Below, piece after piece: positions 63,911 to 64,000 of a DNA stretch of 64,000 nt. Made by a program: the position numbers and the translations under genes. The notes under the pieces are model-generated. The model searched no databases and was not told the origin of the DNA. It worked only from the letters and a program-made list of their open reading frames with translations. The stretch's first letter is position 1. Each line of letters begins with the position of its first letter. Source of the DNA: a virus; IMG/VR virus record IMGVR_UViG_3300045988_157201; one strand, written 5' to 3'.

Positions 63911-64000
63911 AATAATAATCATTCTTAATGGGGCAAAATGTCCAATTAAAAAATACATATAAAATACATATCAATTAAAAAGTCAACCAGAAATGAAGTT

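Larger units (their letters stand above)
1..64000. mobile_element. Temperate tailed-phage genome (siphovirus-like), non-integrated attP-intact configuration
   Basis: Integrase plus Xis-like gene flanking an attP-like repeat region, XRE repressor, lysis cassette, complete tail/head/packaging operon, early genes diverging from a 2.7-kb ORF-free region. Phage genes on both sides of int. Confidence 0.85.

Noticed and set aside
63378-63958. Overlapping ORFs 63378-63776 (+), 63520-63702 (+) and 63395-63958 (-)
   Set aside because: They are artefacts of the 27-bp tandem repeat, which keeps several frames open. Only the 63086-63910 frame has an RBS and conserved non-repeat N- and C-terminal domains.
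48870-63990. AAAAAGTCAA motif (9952, 48872, 51955, 59873, 63980) as a promoter signature of the phage-encoded RNAP
   Set aside because: In three of these five occurrences (9952, 48872, 51955) it is simply the reverse complement of a TTGACT(TTT) -35 box, correctly spaced 16-17 nt from a TATAAT-type -10 on the minus strand. The int promoter at 8936-8964 uses the same -35 hexamer. These are host sigma-A-type promoters. The two remaining copies belong to the duplicated leader block reported separately.

Overview
Low-GC (about 30% by eye) window that reads as a nearly complete temperate, siphovirus-like phage genome from a Firmicutes (probably Clostridia) host. It is in the excised, attP-intact arrangement: phage genes lie on both sides of int and no host flank is visible. 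Layout: 1-7200 (+) early, nucleotide-metabolism and DNA-modification genes (C5-MTase, P-loop kinase, ThyX-like, disrupted N6-MTase, dUTPase, Xis-like). 7233-7617 attP-like repeat region. 7705-9630 integrase and XRE repressor with divergent promoters. 9655-9961 a promoter/terminator-bounded triple-repeat locus. 11016-12659 (-) lysis cassette. 13358-38452 (-) tail, head and packaging genes, including a 1971-aa tape measure. 38555-48374 (-) middle/early genes, including a YonO/RdRP-like single-subunit RNA polymerase gene interrupted by an ORF-less group I intron, plus MazG-like and Mom-like (GNAT) genes. 48375-51059 a 2.7-kb ORF-free control/origin-like region with extreme strand asymmetry, iterons and palindromes. 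51060-64000 mostly (+) early genes with GC-rich structured intergenic elements and a three-gene cassette ending in an N6-MTase::SNF2-like helicase fusion. All calls come from reading the sequence and ORF translations by eye. No database search was possible, so family names are motif-level assignments, and hand-derived coordinates of small elements may be off by a few nt.
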